From an uncultured Actinomycetes bacterium (GTDB taxonomy: Bacteria > Actinomycetota > Actinomycetes > Nanopelagicales > Nanopelagicaceae), in the NCBI GenBank assembly GCA_903899145.1, contig CAIUHY010000120.1, positions 1-30,501 of the forward strand: a stretch of 30,501 nucleotides of DNA, read 5' to 3'. Below the pieces are notes generated by a model. That model was given only the letters and a program-made list of their open reading frames with translations, did not search any database and was not told where the DNA came from. The stretch's first letter is position 1; every line of letters begins with the position of its first letter. The position numbers and the translations under genes were made by a program. This document shows positions 17,198-26,383 of the stretch, piece by piece.

Positions 17198-18090
17198 ATT
17201 CACTGCAGCTTGCCACATTTTCAAATCACGCAATTTATGCGGCGCTCTTCATTTTTACAATTGCATTCTTTGCCCATGCAGTTGAAGTTGCATGGTCAGT
17301 GAAAAATGTAGAGGGATCTAATTCCACTGCATTTGATTTCTCTAGAACAGATCGGGCTGGCCGAATTGGTACAGCAATGATGGTTCTTGGATTTCTTATT
17401 GTGACAGTCGCGGTAACTACCCGTGGACTTTCAGCCCACAGGGTTCCCTGGGGCAATATGTATGAGTTTTCGATTACTGGTGCATTTACTCTCTGCGCGG
17501 CATACTTATTTTCATTAGCAAAGTGGAAGCTACGTTGGCTTGGCTTACCTGTTTCATTTTTCACACTACTTACTCTTGGAACTGCAATCACTGTTTTATA
17601 TAGACCTTCTGAGCAACTAGTTCCTGCACTTAAGTCGCCATGGCTTGCTATTCACGTTTCTGCAGCAATTATTTCCGGTGGAGTTTTCCTTGTTGCCAAT
17701 TTAGTTGCAGCAACGTATCTCTGGATGGAAGTGATTGAGAAGAAGGGTGAACGACCAATGTGGGCAAAGAAAATCCCATCTCTTGAATCACTTGATCAAC
17801 TTTCTTACCGCCTCATAGCTTTCGTTTTCCCACTATGGACATTTGCGGTTATTGCAGGAGCAATCTGGGCTGAATCTGCGTGGGGTAAATATTGGAGTTG
17901 GGATCCAAAAGAAACATGGGCATTTATTACTTGGGTTGCGTATGCCGCCTACTTACATGCACGAGTAACAGTTGGTTGGCGAGGACGCAGGGCAGCATTG
18001 CTATGTATTTTTGCCGGCTCAACATTTTTATTTAACTATATTTATGTAAACATTTGGGGAACAGGGTTACACACTTACTCTGGCTTATAA
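17194..18090 (+). CDS. ccsA: Cytochrome c synthase subunit CcsA/ResC (system II)
   Basis: PWGNMYEF, WLAIHV, WWD motif WAESAWGKYWSWDPKETW, AYLHAR and GLHTY. Confidence 0.95.
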   Translation: MNSLQLATFSNHAIYAALFIFTIAFFAHAVEVAWSVKNVEGSNSTAFDFSRTDRAGRIGTAMMVLGFLIVTVAVTTRGLSAHRVPWGNMYEFSITGAFTLCAAYLFSLAKWKLRWLGLPVSFFTLLTLGTAITVLYRPSEQLVPALKSPWLAIHVSAAIISGGVFLVANLVAATYLWMEVIEKKGERPMWAKKIPSLESLDQLSYRLIAFVFPLWTFAVIAGAIWAESAWGKYWSWDPKETWAFITWVAYAAYLHARVTVGWRGRRAALLCIFAGSTFLFNYIYVNIWGTGLHTYSGL

Positions 18091-18093
18091 GAG

Positions 18094-18357
18094 TTAGATC
18101 TTCTTTAAAAATTCATCATTATCATCAGGGGGAATGATCTTCCCAGAACCGGGCCTTATTCTTTGAACTCCATTAGGCCGAGCTGTTCGCCCACCAACAA
18201 ACCAAGCAATTGACCCCAGTAGACCAAAGAAAATTACTATCACTAGCCAACCCCATTTTGGGAGATTTCTTACAGATTCTTGAGGGGATTTAGCAACATC
18301 AAAGATGGCATAGATCTGTATTGCAACTAAAGCAATAGCTATAAGTGCATCAAGCAT
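18094..18357 (-). CDS. Small membrane protein with PLDc_N-type domain
   Basis: IYAIFDV...VRNLPKWGWLVIVIFFGLLGSIAWF...PPDDNDEFL. TAGACT + 6 nt + ATG. Confidence 0.8.
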   Translation of the reverse strand: MLDALIAIALVAIQIYAIFDVAKSPQESVRNLPKWGWLVIVIFFGLLGSIAWFVGGRTARPNGVQRIRPGSGKIIPPDDNDEFLKKI

Positions 18358-18372
18358 GCTGTAAGTCTACCT

Positions 18373-19266
18373 TTATATAAGCAGCGCAATTGCCAAAGTT
18401 GCTGCAATCATAAGTTGAAGTTTGCCTACTTTTCCTAAAACTGGAATGAGCGTAGGCCCTTGGGCGCCATTCATAACGTTTTGGGAGATTTTGACTGAAA
18501 TAGGAAGAAAAATGATTGTTGCAATGGACCAAGGAGTAATAAATATAGCCAAGAGGGCGGTTAAATGAGCAAGAACAATTAGCCCTACAAACATTCTTCT
18601 CGCATTTTTATCCCCAATGCGAACAGCAAGAGTTTTCTTATTAGCTAGAGCATCTTTTGGAAGATCACGCAAGTTGTTCACAGCTAAAATTGCGCAAGAA
18701 AGCGCACCTATAGGGATTGAAACCAGAAAACTTCGCCATGTAATTTTTTCTGACTGTACAAAGTAACTACCAACAGTAGCGATTACCCCAAAGAAAATAA
18801 ATACTGAAATCTCGCCAAATCCGAAGTAACCATAGGGCCTGGCTCCTCCGGTGTATGTCCAGGCAGCAATAATGCATATAAAACCTAATGCAATTAACCA
18901 CCATGATGTTCGGTAGGCAAGAAACAAGCCTGAAATTGATGCAAGTACAAAACATAAGTAGGCAGCAGTTTTAACTTGTTTTGCTGTTGCGAGACCACTT
19001 GCGACTAAGCGCAGTGGTCCAACTCGGTTTTCGTCGGTCCCACGGATACCATCGCTGTAATCATTGGAAAAATTTACAGCTATCTGTAATAAGAGGCTAA
19101 CGAGTAAGGCGGCTAGCCCATTAAGTAAATTAACTGGCCTCTTGTCATTATGTATAAGACTTGTTCCGACTAATACAGGGGCAATTGCTGCAGGAAGGGT
19201 GCGTGGACGCGCCCCTGCTAGCCATTTACTAAAACCGGTTGGCTGTGAACTAATGTCAGATGTCAT
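18373..19266 (-). CDS. menA: 1,4-dihydroxy-2-naphthoate polyprenyltransferase
   Basis: GARPRTLPAAIAPV, NFSNDYSDGIRGTD, NNLRD...KKTLAV. UbiA-family TM pattern. Confidence 0.95.
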   Translation of the reverse strand: MTSDISSQPTGFSKWLAGARPRTLPAAIAPVLVGTSLIHNDKRPVNLLNGLAALLVSLLLQIAVNFSNDYSDGIRGTDENRVGPLRLVASGLATAKQVKTAAYLCFVLASISGLFLAYRTSWWLIALGFICIIAAWTYTGGARPYGYFGFGEISVFIFFGVIATVGSYFVQSEKITWRSFLVSIPIGALSCAILAVNNLRDLPKDALANKKTLAVRIGDKNARRMFVGLIVLAHLTALLAIFITPWSIATIIFLPISVKISQNVMNGAQGPTLIPVLGKVGKLQLMIAATLAIALLI

Positions 19267-20348
19267 GGGAGAAGTCTCTCAAAATAGATGAGCAATTTCT
19301 TGCGATCTGGCTTTCCAATTGAAGTGATTGGAAGTTCGACGTTGGGCATGAACGCTTTTGGAACTGCGTGGTCACCAAATTTTTCTTTCAATAAAGTTTT
19401 AATCTTCTCAATTTCTATCTGCCCGTCAGATGCTAATGCAAGGCGCTCACCCCATTCAGCATCTTTAGTCGCGCAAGCCATAAATCTTTGATTTTGCAAG
19501 TTTTTATTAAGTACACCCTCAATTGCTGAAAGTGAAATTTTCTCGCCCCCAGAAATAATCAAATCATCAACCCGTCCAGCAACAACAAGTTTTCCATTTT
19601 TGAACTCACCAAAGTCACTTGTAACGAACCATTTATTTTTAGTTGCTGCTTTCCAGGCATTTTGATCATTGAGGTATGTTTTTGCTTGCATTGGGCCACT
19701 AAGTGCAATTACCTGATGTTTTCTAATCTTTACTTTTACCCCAGGCAAAGGCTTATTGTTGTAGATGCAGCCACCGCTCATCTCTGACATTCCATAAGTC
19801 GTTATAACATTAATATTTTGGGATTTTGCTTCTTCTAATAAGTAATCTGAAGTAGGGCCACCTCCGACAAGGACTGCTTTCGCACTACATAAGTGCTTAA
19901 GTAGGTCGCTATCACCATGGAGCGCTCGATAAAGCTGCGTTGGAACTATGGATGTGTATTCTGCACTTTCATAAGTGCTTTTCATACGCAAATCAATAAC
20001 TTGGCTTTGTAAAATAATTGAGCGAACTAAAACATTTACTCCTGCAATATGATTAATCGGTAACAATAGTGACCAGCGCTCGTTCTTCTTTGCTTTTAAA
20101 TATTTATGTGATGCTTTTGCAGAGGCCATAAGTGCTTTACTAGTAAGAGCAACTTCTTTAGGTGTACCGACTGATCCGCTCGTAGGGATTACTGCTGCAA
20201 TCTTTCTTGCAACATGTGAATGGGTTGTTGGGCCAAAAGCGAGTGCAGGGCCTTTCCCGTTCAAGGCCAATTCGAGAGCTTGGATAATCTGTGCGATTGG
20301 CCACTCCTGCTGAACCTGAACAAGTTCGCGAGGTAACGATTTAGCCAT
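19263..20348 (-). CDS. menE: o-succinylbenzoate-CoA ligase (short actinobacterial type)
   Basis: TSGSVGTPK P-loop, TTYGMSE, GRVDDLIISGGEKI and GKPDR, in men cluster context. Confidence 0.9.
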   Translation of the reverse strand: MAKSLPRELVQVQQEWPIAQIIQALELALNGKGPALAFGPTTHSHVARKIAAVIPTSGSVGTPKEVALTSKALMASAKASHKYLKAKKNERWSLLLPINHIAGVNVLVRSIILQSQVIDLRMKSTYESAEYTSIVPTQLYRALHGDSDLLKHLCSAKAVLVGGGPTSDYLLEEAKSQNINVITTYGMSEMSGGCIYNNKPLPGVKVKIRKHQVIALSGPMQAKTYLNDQNAWKAATKNKWFVTSDFGEFKNGKLVVAGRVDDLIISGGEKISLSAIEGVLNKNLQNQRFMACATKDAEWGERLALASDGQIEIEKIKTLLKEKFGDHAVPKAFMPNVELPITSIGKPDRKKLLIYFERLLP

Positions 20349-20356
20349 AGTCCCCG

Positions 20357-20363
20357 TAGGCTA
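20357..20363. promoter_or_regulatory. Putative bidirectional -10 element (TAGGCTA) between menE and menB
   Basis: Reads TAGGCT on + (20357-20362) and TAGCCT on - (20363-20358). menB has SD AGGAGG at 20403-20408. Confidence 0.45.
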
Positions 20364-20416
20364 GCGTCTTGTAACGATGTCAGCGAGAGCAGTACGGTCC
20401 ACAGGAGGGATTACGC

Positions 20417-21295
20417 ATGAGTAAGCCGATTAAACGTGAACCTGGTGATCGTCGCATACCTACATGGATTACCGGCAGCGGCGGTGAGAAATTTGGCGAC
20501 ATAAAGTATGAAGTCGCAGAAGGAATCGCAAAAATCACAATTAATCGCCCTGAAATTCGTAATGCATTTCGCCCGCAAACACTTTTTGAATTAGCAGAAG
20601 CATTTTCATTAGCTCGTGATGATGAGTCCGTAGGTGTCATTATCCTTACTGGTGAAGGAACAGAAGCCTTCTGTTCAGGTGGAGATATTAATGTGCGCGG
20701 AGATGACGGGTACATTGGAAGTGATGCACTTGGAAAAAAAGGTATTGGTAGGTTAAATGTTTTAGATTTGCAAGTTCAAATTCGCAGACTACCTAAACCA
20801 GTTATTGCGATGGTTGCAGGTTGGGCGATTGGTGGAGGACATGTACTACATGTTGTCTGTGATTTAACTATCGCTGCCAATAATGCAAAGTTCGGTCAGA
20901 CTGGACCGATGGTTGGCTCTTTCGATGGTGGTTATGGTGCAGGTTTGCTCGCAGCGCATATTGGACAGAAAAAAGCACGTGAAATTTGGTTCTTATGTCG
21001 CCAATACGATGCACAAGAAGCTCTAGATATGGGATTAGTAAATACAATTGTCCCTGTTGGAGAACTTGAAGCTGAGACAGTGTCGTGGTGCAGAGAGATT
21101 CTGCGCCATTCTCCAATGGCATTGCGCCTACTTAAAGCGGGTCTTAATGCCGCTGATGATGGTTTGGCTGGAGTACAACAGCTTGCAGGTGATGCAACTT
21201 TGCTCTTTTACCTTACCGAAGAGGGCCAAGAAGGCCGAAATGCCTTTAAAGAAAAACGTGAACCAAACTTTAATAAATTTCCAAAACGGCCTTAA
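20417..21295 (+). CDS. menB: 1,4-dihydroxy-2-naphthoyl-CoA synthase
   Basis: [40 protein letters not shown] and KAREIWF. Confidence 0.97.
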   Translation: MSKPIKREPGDRRIPTWITGSGGEKFGDIKYEVAEGIAKITINRPEIRNAFRPQTLFELAEAFSLARDDESVGVIILTGEGTEAFCSGGDINVRGDDGYIGSDALGKKGIGRLNVLDLQVQIRRLPKPVIAMVAGWAIGGGHVLHVVCDLTIAANNAKFGQTGPMVGSFDGGYGAGLLAAHIGQKKAREIWFLCRQYDAQEALDMGLVNTIVPVGELEAETVSWCREILRHSPMALRLLKAGLNAADDGLAGVQQLAGDATLLFYLTEEGQEGRNAFKEKREPNFNKFPKRP

Positions 21296-21300
21296 TTAAT

Positions 21301-22257
21301 ATGGCAATACAACCTTTACAAGAAATCTTTCCAGAACTCACAATTCTTTCGATACCACTTCGAAACCAGTTTCGGGGAATTAATTATCGTGAGGTTGCCC
21401 TTTTCAAGGGTCCACATGGCTGGAGTGAATTCTCACCATTTTTAGAATATGGCATAGCCGAAGCATCAGTTTGGCTCGATGCTGCACTTGAAGCCGCCAA
21501 TAACCCTTGGCCTGAGCTACATCATAAGAAAATTGCGATCAATGCAACTCTTCCTGCTGTTGCTCCAAAGGAAGTAAAAGCCATTCTGCAAAGCTTTGCT
21601 GGTTGCAAAAATGTAAAAATAAAAGTGGACGATTTCGAAAATGGATCCTTGCTTGTTGAAGCAACTTTAGAACAGATCCCCGATGCAAAAATAAGGTTAG
21701 ATGTAAATGGTAGATGGGATCAATCAAGTGCCATAAGCAATTTACTTGAGTACCACCTACGGTTTGGAAGCATCTTTGAGTATGTTGAGCAACCATGTCA
21801 ATCTACTTCAGAACTTGCAGCAGTAAAAGCAGAGAGTCCCATACCAATAGCAGTTGATGAATCTATACGTAAGAGCTTATCAAGTGATCTTTCTGTGTTG
21901 AAGGACATTGCTGACGTTGCAATTCTAAAATGGCAACCGCTAGGTGGATTTACTTCCGCTCATAAAATTGCAGATAAGATTGGGTTACCTGTTGTTATTT
22001 CTAGTGCATTAGAAACAGGCATTGGTATTTCTCACGGATTAGCACTAGCCGCATCATTTAAAGAGGCAGATTTTGCATGTGGTCTTGGAACTGTGGCGCT
22101 CTTTGAGTCAGACATATGTGATCCTGCGGTAACTGCCGAAGGTGGCTTTATAGAAGTCGCACGTAGAGAGCCTGCGGGACTTGATAAGTATCAAGCGAGT
22201 GCAGAGCGTGTCCAATGGTGGAATGATCGGATAGTGAAGATTTTGGAAGCCAAATGA
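21301..22257 (+). CDS. menC: o-succinylbenzoate synthase (actinobacterial type)
   Basis: GWSEFSPF, KIKV, RLDVNG, YVEQP, IAVDES, ILK..PLGG and SSALETGIG (enolase superfamily). Confidence 0.94.
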   Translation: MAIQPLQEIFPELTILSIPLRNQFRGINYREVALFKGPHGWSEFSPFLEYGIAEASVWLDAALEAANNPWPELHHKKIAINATLPAVAPKEVKAILQSFAGCKNVKIKVDDFENGSLLVEATLEQIPDAKIRLDVNGRWDQSSAISNLLEYHLRFGSIFEYVEQPCQSTSELAAVKAESPIPIAVDESIRKSLSSDLSVLKDIADVAILKWQPLGGFTSAHKIADKIGLPVVISSALETGIGISHGLALAASFKEADFACGLGTVALFESDICDPAVTAEGGFIEVARREPAGLDKYQASAERVQWWNDRIVKILEAK

Positions 22258-23816
22258 AAGCAACAACCTTGGCTCGCTCAATTATTAGACAGTTATTGGA
22301 ATTAGGTATAAGTGATTTCGTTCTCTCACCAGGTTCACGTAATGCACCTTTGTCTATTGCTTTGTATGAGGCGGAACAAAAAGGTTTTGCTGATTTGCAT
22401 GTTCGAATTGATGAGCGTGGGGCTGCCTTTTTTGCACTTGGAATTTCAAAAGCAACAAATAACTATGTGGCAGTTATTTGTACAAGTGGAACAGCAGCAG
22501 CGAACTTTCATCCTGCTACTTTAGAAGCATTTCATTCCCAAAGTAAGTTAGTTGTAATTACCGCAGATAGACCAAAGACGCTGCGCAAGACGGGAGCAAA
22601 TCAAACTACTGAACAAGTTGGCTTGCTAGCGCCACTTATTTCAATTGATATTCATGAGCCAATTGACCTTAGCAATCACTTAGGTAGCGGCCCAGTGCAT
22701 TTAAACGTCCAATTTCAAGAACCCCTTTTAAGTGATGAACGCGCTGAATGGCTTGCAGGTATGCACATAAAACCAATAGTTCCTATGAGTATAAAAAAAG
22801 AGAATTTAAAAGTTGGTTCACAAGGTGTTTTAGTTATTGGCCATGATCGTGCAGGTTTTTCGGTAGAGGAGCTTTCACGATTTTCTCAAGAATTAGCTTG
22901 GCCCATTATCGCTGAAGATCCACTTTCATTTCCTAGCGCGATTTCTCATTCTGCATTAGCGCTTACTGATGCTGCCATTTGTTCGTACTTAAAGCCTGAT
23001 GAGATCATTGTTATTGGTAGAACTACCTTATCTCGTAGTATCAATTCATTTATTGCTGAGTGTGAGAAAGTGATTGTTATTGATCCAAGAGTTAAAAGTG
23101 TTGATAGTAATCGCAGTTCATCACAGATATTTACTTCACTACCAAGTATTACGAGTCAACAAGATTCCATCTGGTTAAATAAATGGGAGAGTTTTAACGA
23201 TCTTGCAAAGAAATCACTTTATATTAATTGGTCTGAGCAGGATGCTATAAAAACAATCATATCAAGTATTCCTAACGAATCCGCACTGTTTGTTGGTAGT
23301 AGTAGGCCCGTACGTGACATAGAAGCTTTTGTGACACCACGAGAAGGAATTGTGACTTTTGCTAATCGTGGTTTGGCAGGAATTGATGGAAATATTTCTA
23401 CTGCATTTGGAATTGCTACACACTTCAAACAAAGTTATGCGATTTTAGGTGACTTAACATTTTTACATGATGTCTCTTCGCTTGTTAATGCACCGACAGT
23501 TAATCTCACTGTATTTATCATAGATAACAATGGCGGGGGGATATTTAATACATTGCAGCAATCTGGCGTTGAAGGGTTTGAGAAGATTTTTGGGACTCCA
23601 CATAATTTGAATTTAGAGAAGATTATTACTGGTTTTGGTCTTATAGTTGAAAAAGTAAAGAACGCAGCAGATATAAATCACTCAATTATTCATAGCCCCA
23701 ATGGCTTAAAGTTTGTAATTATCGAAGTTCCTGCTCGTGATGTTAATGCATCTGTATTAAAAGATGTTACTCAGAGCTTCTGTAAGGCACTTCGAATCGG
23801 AAGTAATTTAGCCTGA
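22254..23816 (+). CDS. menD: SEPHCHC synthase (ThDP-dependent)
   Basis: SPGSRNAPL, IDERGAAF, CTSGTAAAN, TADRP, GANQT, NRGLAGIDG, GDLTFLHD, DNNGGGIF and FGTPH. Confidence 0.96.
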   Translation: MKATTLARSIIRQLLELGISDFVLSPGSRNAPLSIALYEAEQKGFADLHVRIDERGAAFFALGISKATNNYVAVICTSGTAAANFHPATLEAFHSQSKLVVITADRPKTLRKTGANQTTEQVGLLAPLISIDIHEPIDLSNHLGSGPVHLNVQFQEPLLSDERAEWLAGMHIKPIVPMSIKKENLKVGSQGVLVIGHDRAGFSVEELSRFSQELAWPIIAEDPLSFPSAISHSALALTDAAICSYLKPDEIIVIGRTTLSRSINSFIAECEKVIVIDPRVKSVDSNRSSSQIFTSLPSITSQQDSIWLNKWESFNDLAKKSLYINWSEQDAIKTIISSIPNESALFVGSSRPVRDIEAFVTPREGIVTFANRGLAGIDGNISTAFGIATHFKQSYAILGDLTFLHDVSSLVNAPTVNLTVFIIDNNGGGIFNTLQQSGVEGFEKIFGTPHNLNLEKIITGFGLIVEKVKNAADINHSIIHSPNGLKFVIIEVPARDVNASVLKDVTQSFCKALRIGSNLA

Positions 23817-24997
23817 CTTTCGGCAAGTTCTTGAATGGGGTCCGACCCAGCAACAATTCCACAACCAGCAAATAAACGTATTGATTTGTGATCTTCTGAA
23901 AGCTGGCCACACCTTAAAGCGATCCCTATTTCACCGTCGCCTCTCGCATCAACCCATCCAACAGGACCGGCATAGCGTCCACGATTCATGGATTCGTATT
24001 CCTTAATTAAATCTTCAGCTTTTTCTGTAGGTGTTCCGCATACTGCTGCTGATGGGTGAAGAGCTGAAATAAGAGTAAATATATCCACGTTTGCAGGCGA
24101 CTCGTTTATTACACCGGTTACATCAGTTGCTAGGTGCATAACATTTGGTAAGTGCAATACATATGGTGATTCTGGAACGTTGGTGGATGATGCGTAAGGA
24201 GCAAGTGCATCTGTCACAGAGCGAACGGCATATTCGTGCTCTTCTAGATCTTTTGATGACTTTGCCAAAGAGGCAGCAAGCGCTAAATCTCGTTCTTCAT
24301 CACCACTTCGCCTGATTGTTCCTGCTAAAACTCTTGATGTAACAAGGGTTTTACTCAAACGTACGAGTAGTTCAGGTGTTGCCCCAACAAGATCACCTAC
24401 CGAGTAGACCCAGGTTGAGGGGTAGCCAAAATCAAGCTCATGCACAAGCGATAGCGGATCAATCGGAGTACTTGTAGTTGCAACAATGTCACGTGCCAAT
24501 ACAACTTTATCAAGCTCGCCTAATTTAATACGATCTACTGATCTTTGAATTCGCTCGCACCATTGTTCATCAGTAAGAGAACCCGGTGCCCATGTAATTG
24601 GACCTAGCGCAGATGGATGGACTGCTTTAGTAAGTGAAGGTTGTTTATCACCAATCCATGTGATCCATGATTTTCCATTTCGCACGACAATCACGACTTG
24701 AGGAATCACTAATAGAGAAGGCTCTTCTTCATCAAATGAAAATGAGGTAAAGATAATTGGTCCAGTGCCACTTCCATGAACGTTGTTATGAATTTCTAAT
24801 TGCGTAAGCTCATTTTTCCACCACAAGGATGCGTCGTGGAATCTCTTCTTCCCCCTTACTTCGTGTGACTTATATATTCCAAAAGCAACAAAGCCTTCAT
24901 TATTTTTGATCCATGAAGCAGCAAGGGGGAGACCACAATTAATTTCACTTAGCCTTGGGTGATCCCCAAGAACCTCAGTGGTTATAGATGTAGGCAC
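23771..24997 (-). CDS. menF: Isochorismate synthase
   Basis: KVVLAR, VGATPELL, LAGT, KDLEEH, LHPSAAVCGTP, RGRYAGPVGW and LFAGCGIVAGS. TAACTT + 6 nt + GTG. Located in the men cluster. Confidence 0.92.
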   Translation of the reverse strand: MPTSITTEVLGDHPRLSEINCGLPLAASWIKNNEGFVAFGIYKSHEVRGKKRFHDASLWWKNELTQLEIHNNVHGSGTGPIIFTSFSFDEEEPSLLVIPQVVIVVRNGKSWITWIGDKQPSLTKAVHPSALGPITWAPGSLTDEQWCERIQRSVDRIKLGELDKVVLARDIVATTSTPIDPLSLVHELDFGYPSTWVYSVGDLVGATPELLVRLSKTLVTSRVLAGTIRRSGDEERDLALAASLAKSSKDLEEHEYAVRSVTDALAPYASSTNVPESPYVLHLPNVMHLATDVTGVINESPANVDIFTLISALHPSAAVCGTPTEKAEDLIKEYESMNRGRYAGPVGWVDARGDGEIGIALRCGQLSEDHKSIRLFAGCGIVAGSDPIQELAESQAKLLPIRSALQKL

Positions 24998-25016
24998 GGC
25001 ACTAAGTTACGTGGTT

Positions 25017-25607
25017 TTAGCTCTTTCTAATAATCGGCACCAGTTTCCAGCATGCTGGAAGTGCGGTACTCGCAATAGCGATCTTGATCACTTCACCGAG
25101 GAAGAATGGAGTGAAACCTTTTGCAAAAGTCCAACTCCAGCTTTGAACTGCAACATGATGGAGCCAATACATTCCACAACCAAAAACTAAAAGCTCTCCT
25201 AAAATCATTGTTGGGATAACTGTTCTAAATCTTTGATCCCATTTACGTTGAGCAAGAAATCCAGTTACTACTGTTGCTAGGAGCATGCCAACAAGATAAC
25301 CACCTGTTGCTCCTGTCATACGCGCAATACCGTGTGAACCAGATGCAAAAATTGGAGCTCCAAGGAAACCAACAATTAGGTATGTTGCAAAAGTTGTAAA
25401 ACCAAGTGAAGCGCCGTATGCAGTTCCGATTAATAGGGCGCCAAGTGTCTGCCCTGTAACAGGTACTGGAGATCCAGGAATCGGAAGTGCTATTTGTGCC
25501 ATAAGTGAAAGAAAGAAAACGCCACCAAGAACTAGAGAAACCTTGGCTTGTGCTGTGCTGCGAGCTATAAATGCTGAGCGTAAAACCGCAGTTGATGTTG
25601 TGGACAT
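25017..25607 (-). CDS. bioY: Biotin transporter S-component BioY (196 aa; start corrected to ATG 25607)
   Basis: PVPVTGQT, YL.VG.LGAPIF and TGGYLVG. SD AAAGGA (25621-25616) sits 8 nt before ATG 25607 and overlaps the ORF-track ATG at 25616. Confidence 0.9.
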   Translation of the reverse strand: MSTTSTAVLRSAFIARSTAQAKVSLVLGGVFFLSLMAQIALPIPGSPVPVTGQTLGALLIGTAYGASLGFTTFATYLIVGFLGAPIFASGSHGIARMTGATGGYLVGMLLATVVTGFLAQRKWDQRFRTVIPTMILGELLVFGCGMYWLHHVAVQSWSWTFAKGFTPFFLGEVIKIAIASTALPACWKLVPIIRKS

Positions 25608-25636
25608 GAGGGCCATCCTTTCAAGCTTTCGCTGGC

Positions 25637-25644
25637 TAATCTTA
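25637..25644. promoter_or_regulatory. Overlapping divergent -10 candidates between bioY and menG
   Basis: TAATCT (+, 25637-25642) and TAAGAT (-, 25644-25639). A G lies 7 nt downstream of each (25649 on +, 25632 on -). Confidence 0.4.
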
Positions 25645-25681
25645 ATTTGTCAGACGAGCCTACTACCATAAGAATATACGC

Positions 25682-26383
25682 GTGAGTAACTCTGCTGATT
25701 TAAACAAAAAACCAGAAGAAGTTTCTGCGATGTTTGATGGTGTTGCCGCGCGTTATGACATCATGAATGACCTGCTTAGTTTTGGCCAGACAAAAACCTG
25801 GCGTAAAGTGGCAACCGGGATCATTGCTCCAAAAAAAGGAATGAAGGTTCTGGATATCGCTGCCGGCACGGGGTCATCTAGCCGTCCACTTGCAGATGCC
25901 GGCGCAGAAGTTATTCCGGTAGATTTTTCTCAAGGAATGTTGGATGCTGGCAAGAAACGTCATCCTGATTTGAAATTTACATTAGCTGATGCGCTTAAGT
26001 TACCTTTTAAAGATGGCGAATTTGATGTAACGACAATTTCATTTGGCCTTCGAAATACCACAGATTTTCAGAAAGCATTACAAGAAGCTCTCCGAGTTAC
26101 AAAAGTAGGCGGACGGATTGTTGTTGTTGAGTTCTCGCACCCAACAAATCCAATTTTCCGTAATCTTTATATGAAGTACTTAATGGGGCTTCTACCTAAA
26201 GTTGCTCGCAAGCTTTCATCAAACCCCGATGCATATATTTACCTTGCTCAATCAATTCAAGCTTGGCCAAACCAAGTATTACTTGCCGAGAAGTTATCTC
26301 AAGCTGGTTGGAAGAACGTTGCTTGGCAGAATCTGACATTTGGAATTGTTGCTATTCACATCGGATATAAGGAAAGTAGCTAA
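25682..26383 (+). CDS. menG: Demethylmenaquinone methyltransferase
   Basis: MFDGVAARYDIMND, SAM motif VLDIAAGTG, FGLRN, EFS and YLAQSI..WP. Confidence 0.95.
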   Translation: MSNSADLNKKPEEVSAMFDGVAARYDIMNDLLSFGQTKTWRKVATGIIAPKKGMKVLDIAAGTGSSSRPLADAGAEVIPVDFSQGMLDAGKKRHPDLKFTLADALKLPFKDGEFDVTTISFGLRNTTDFQKALQEALRVTKVGGRIVVVEFSHPTNPIFRNLYMKYLMGLLPKVARKLSSNPDAYIYLAQSIQAWPNQVLLAEKLSQAGWKNVAWQNLTFGIVAIHIGYKESS

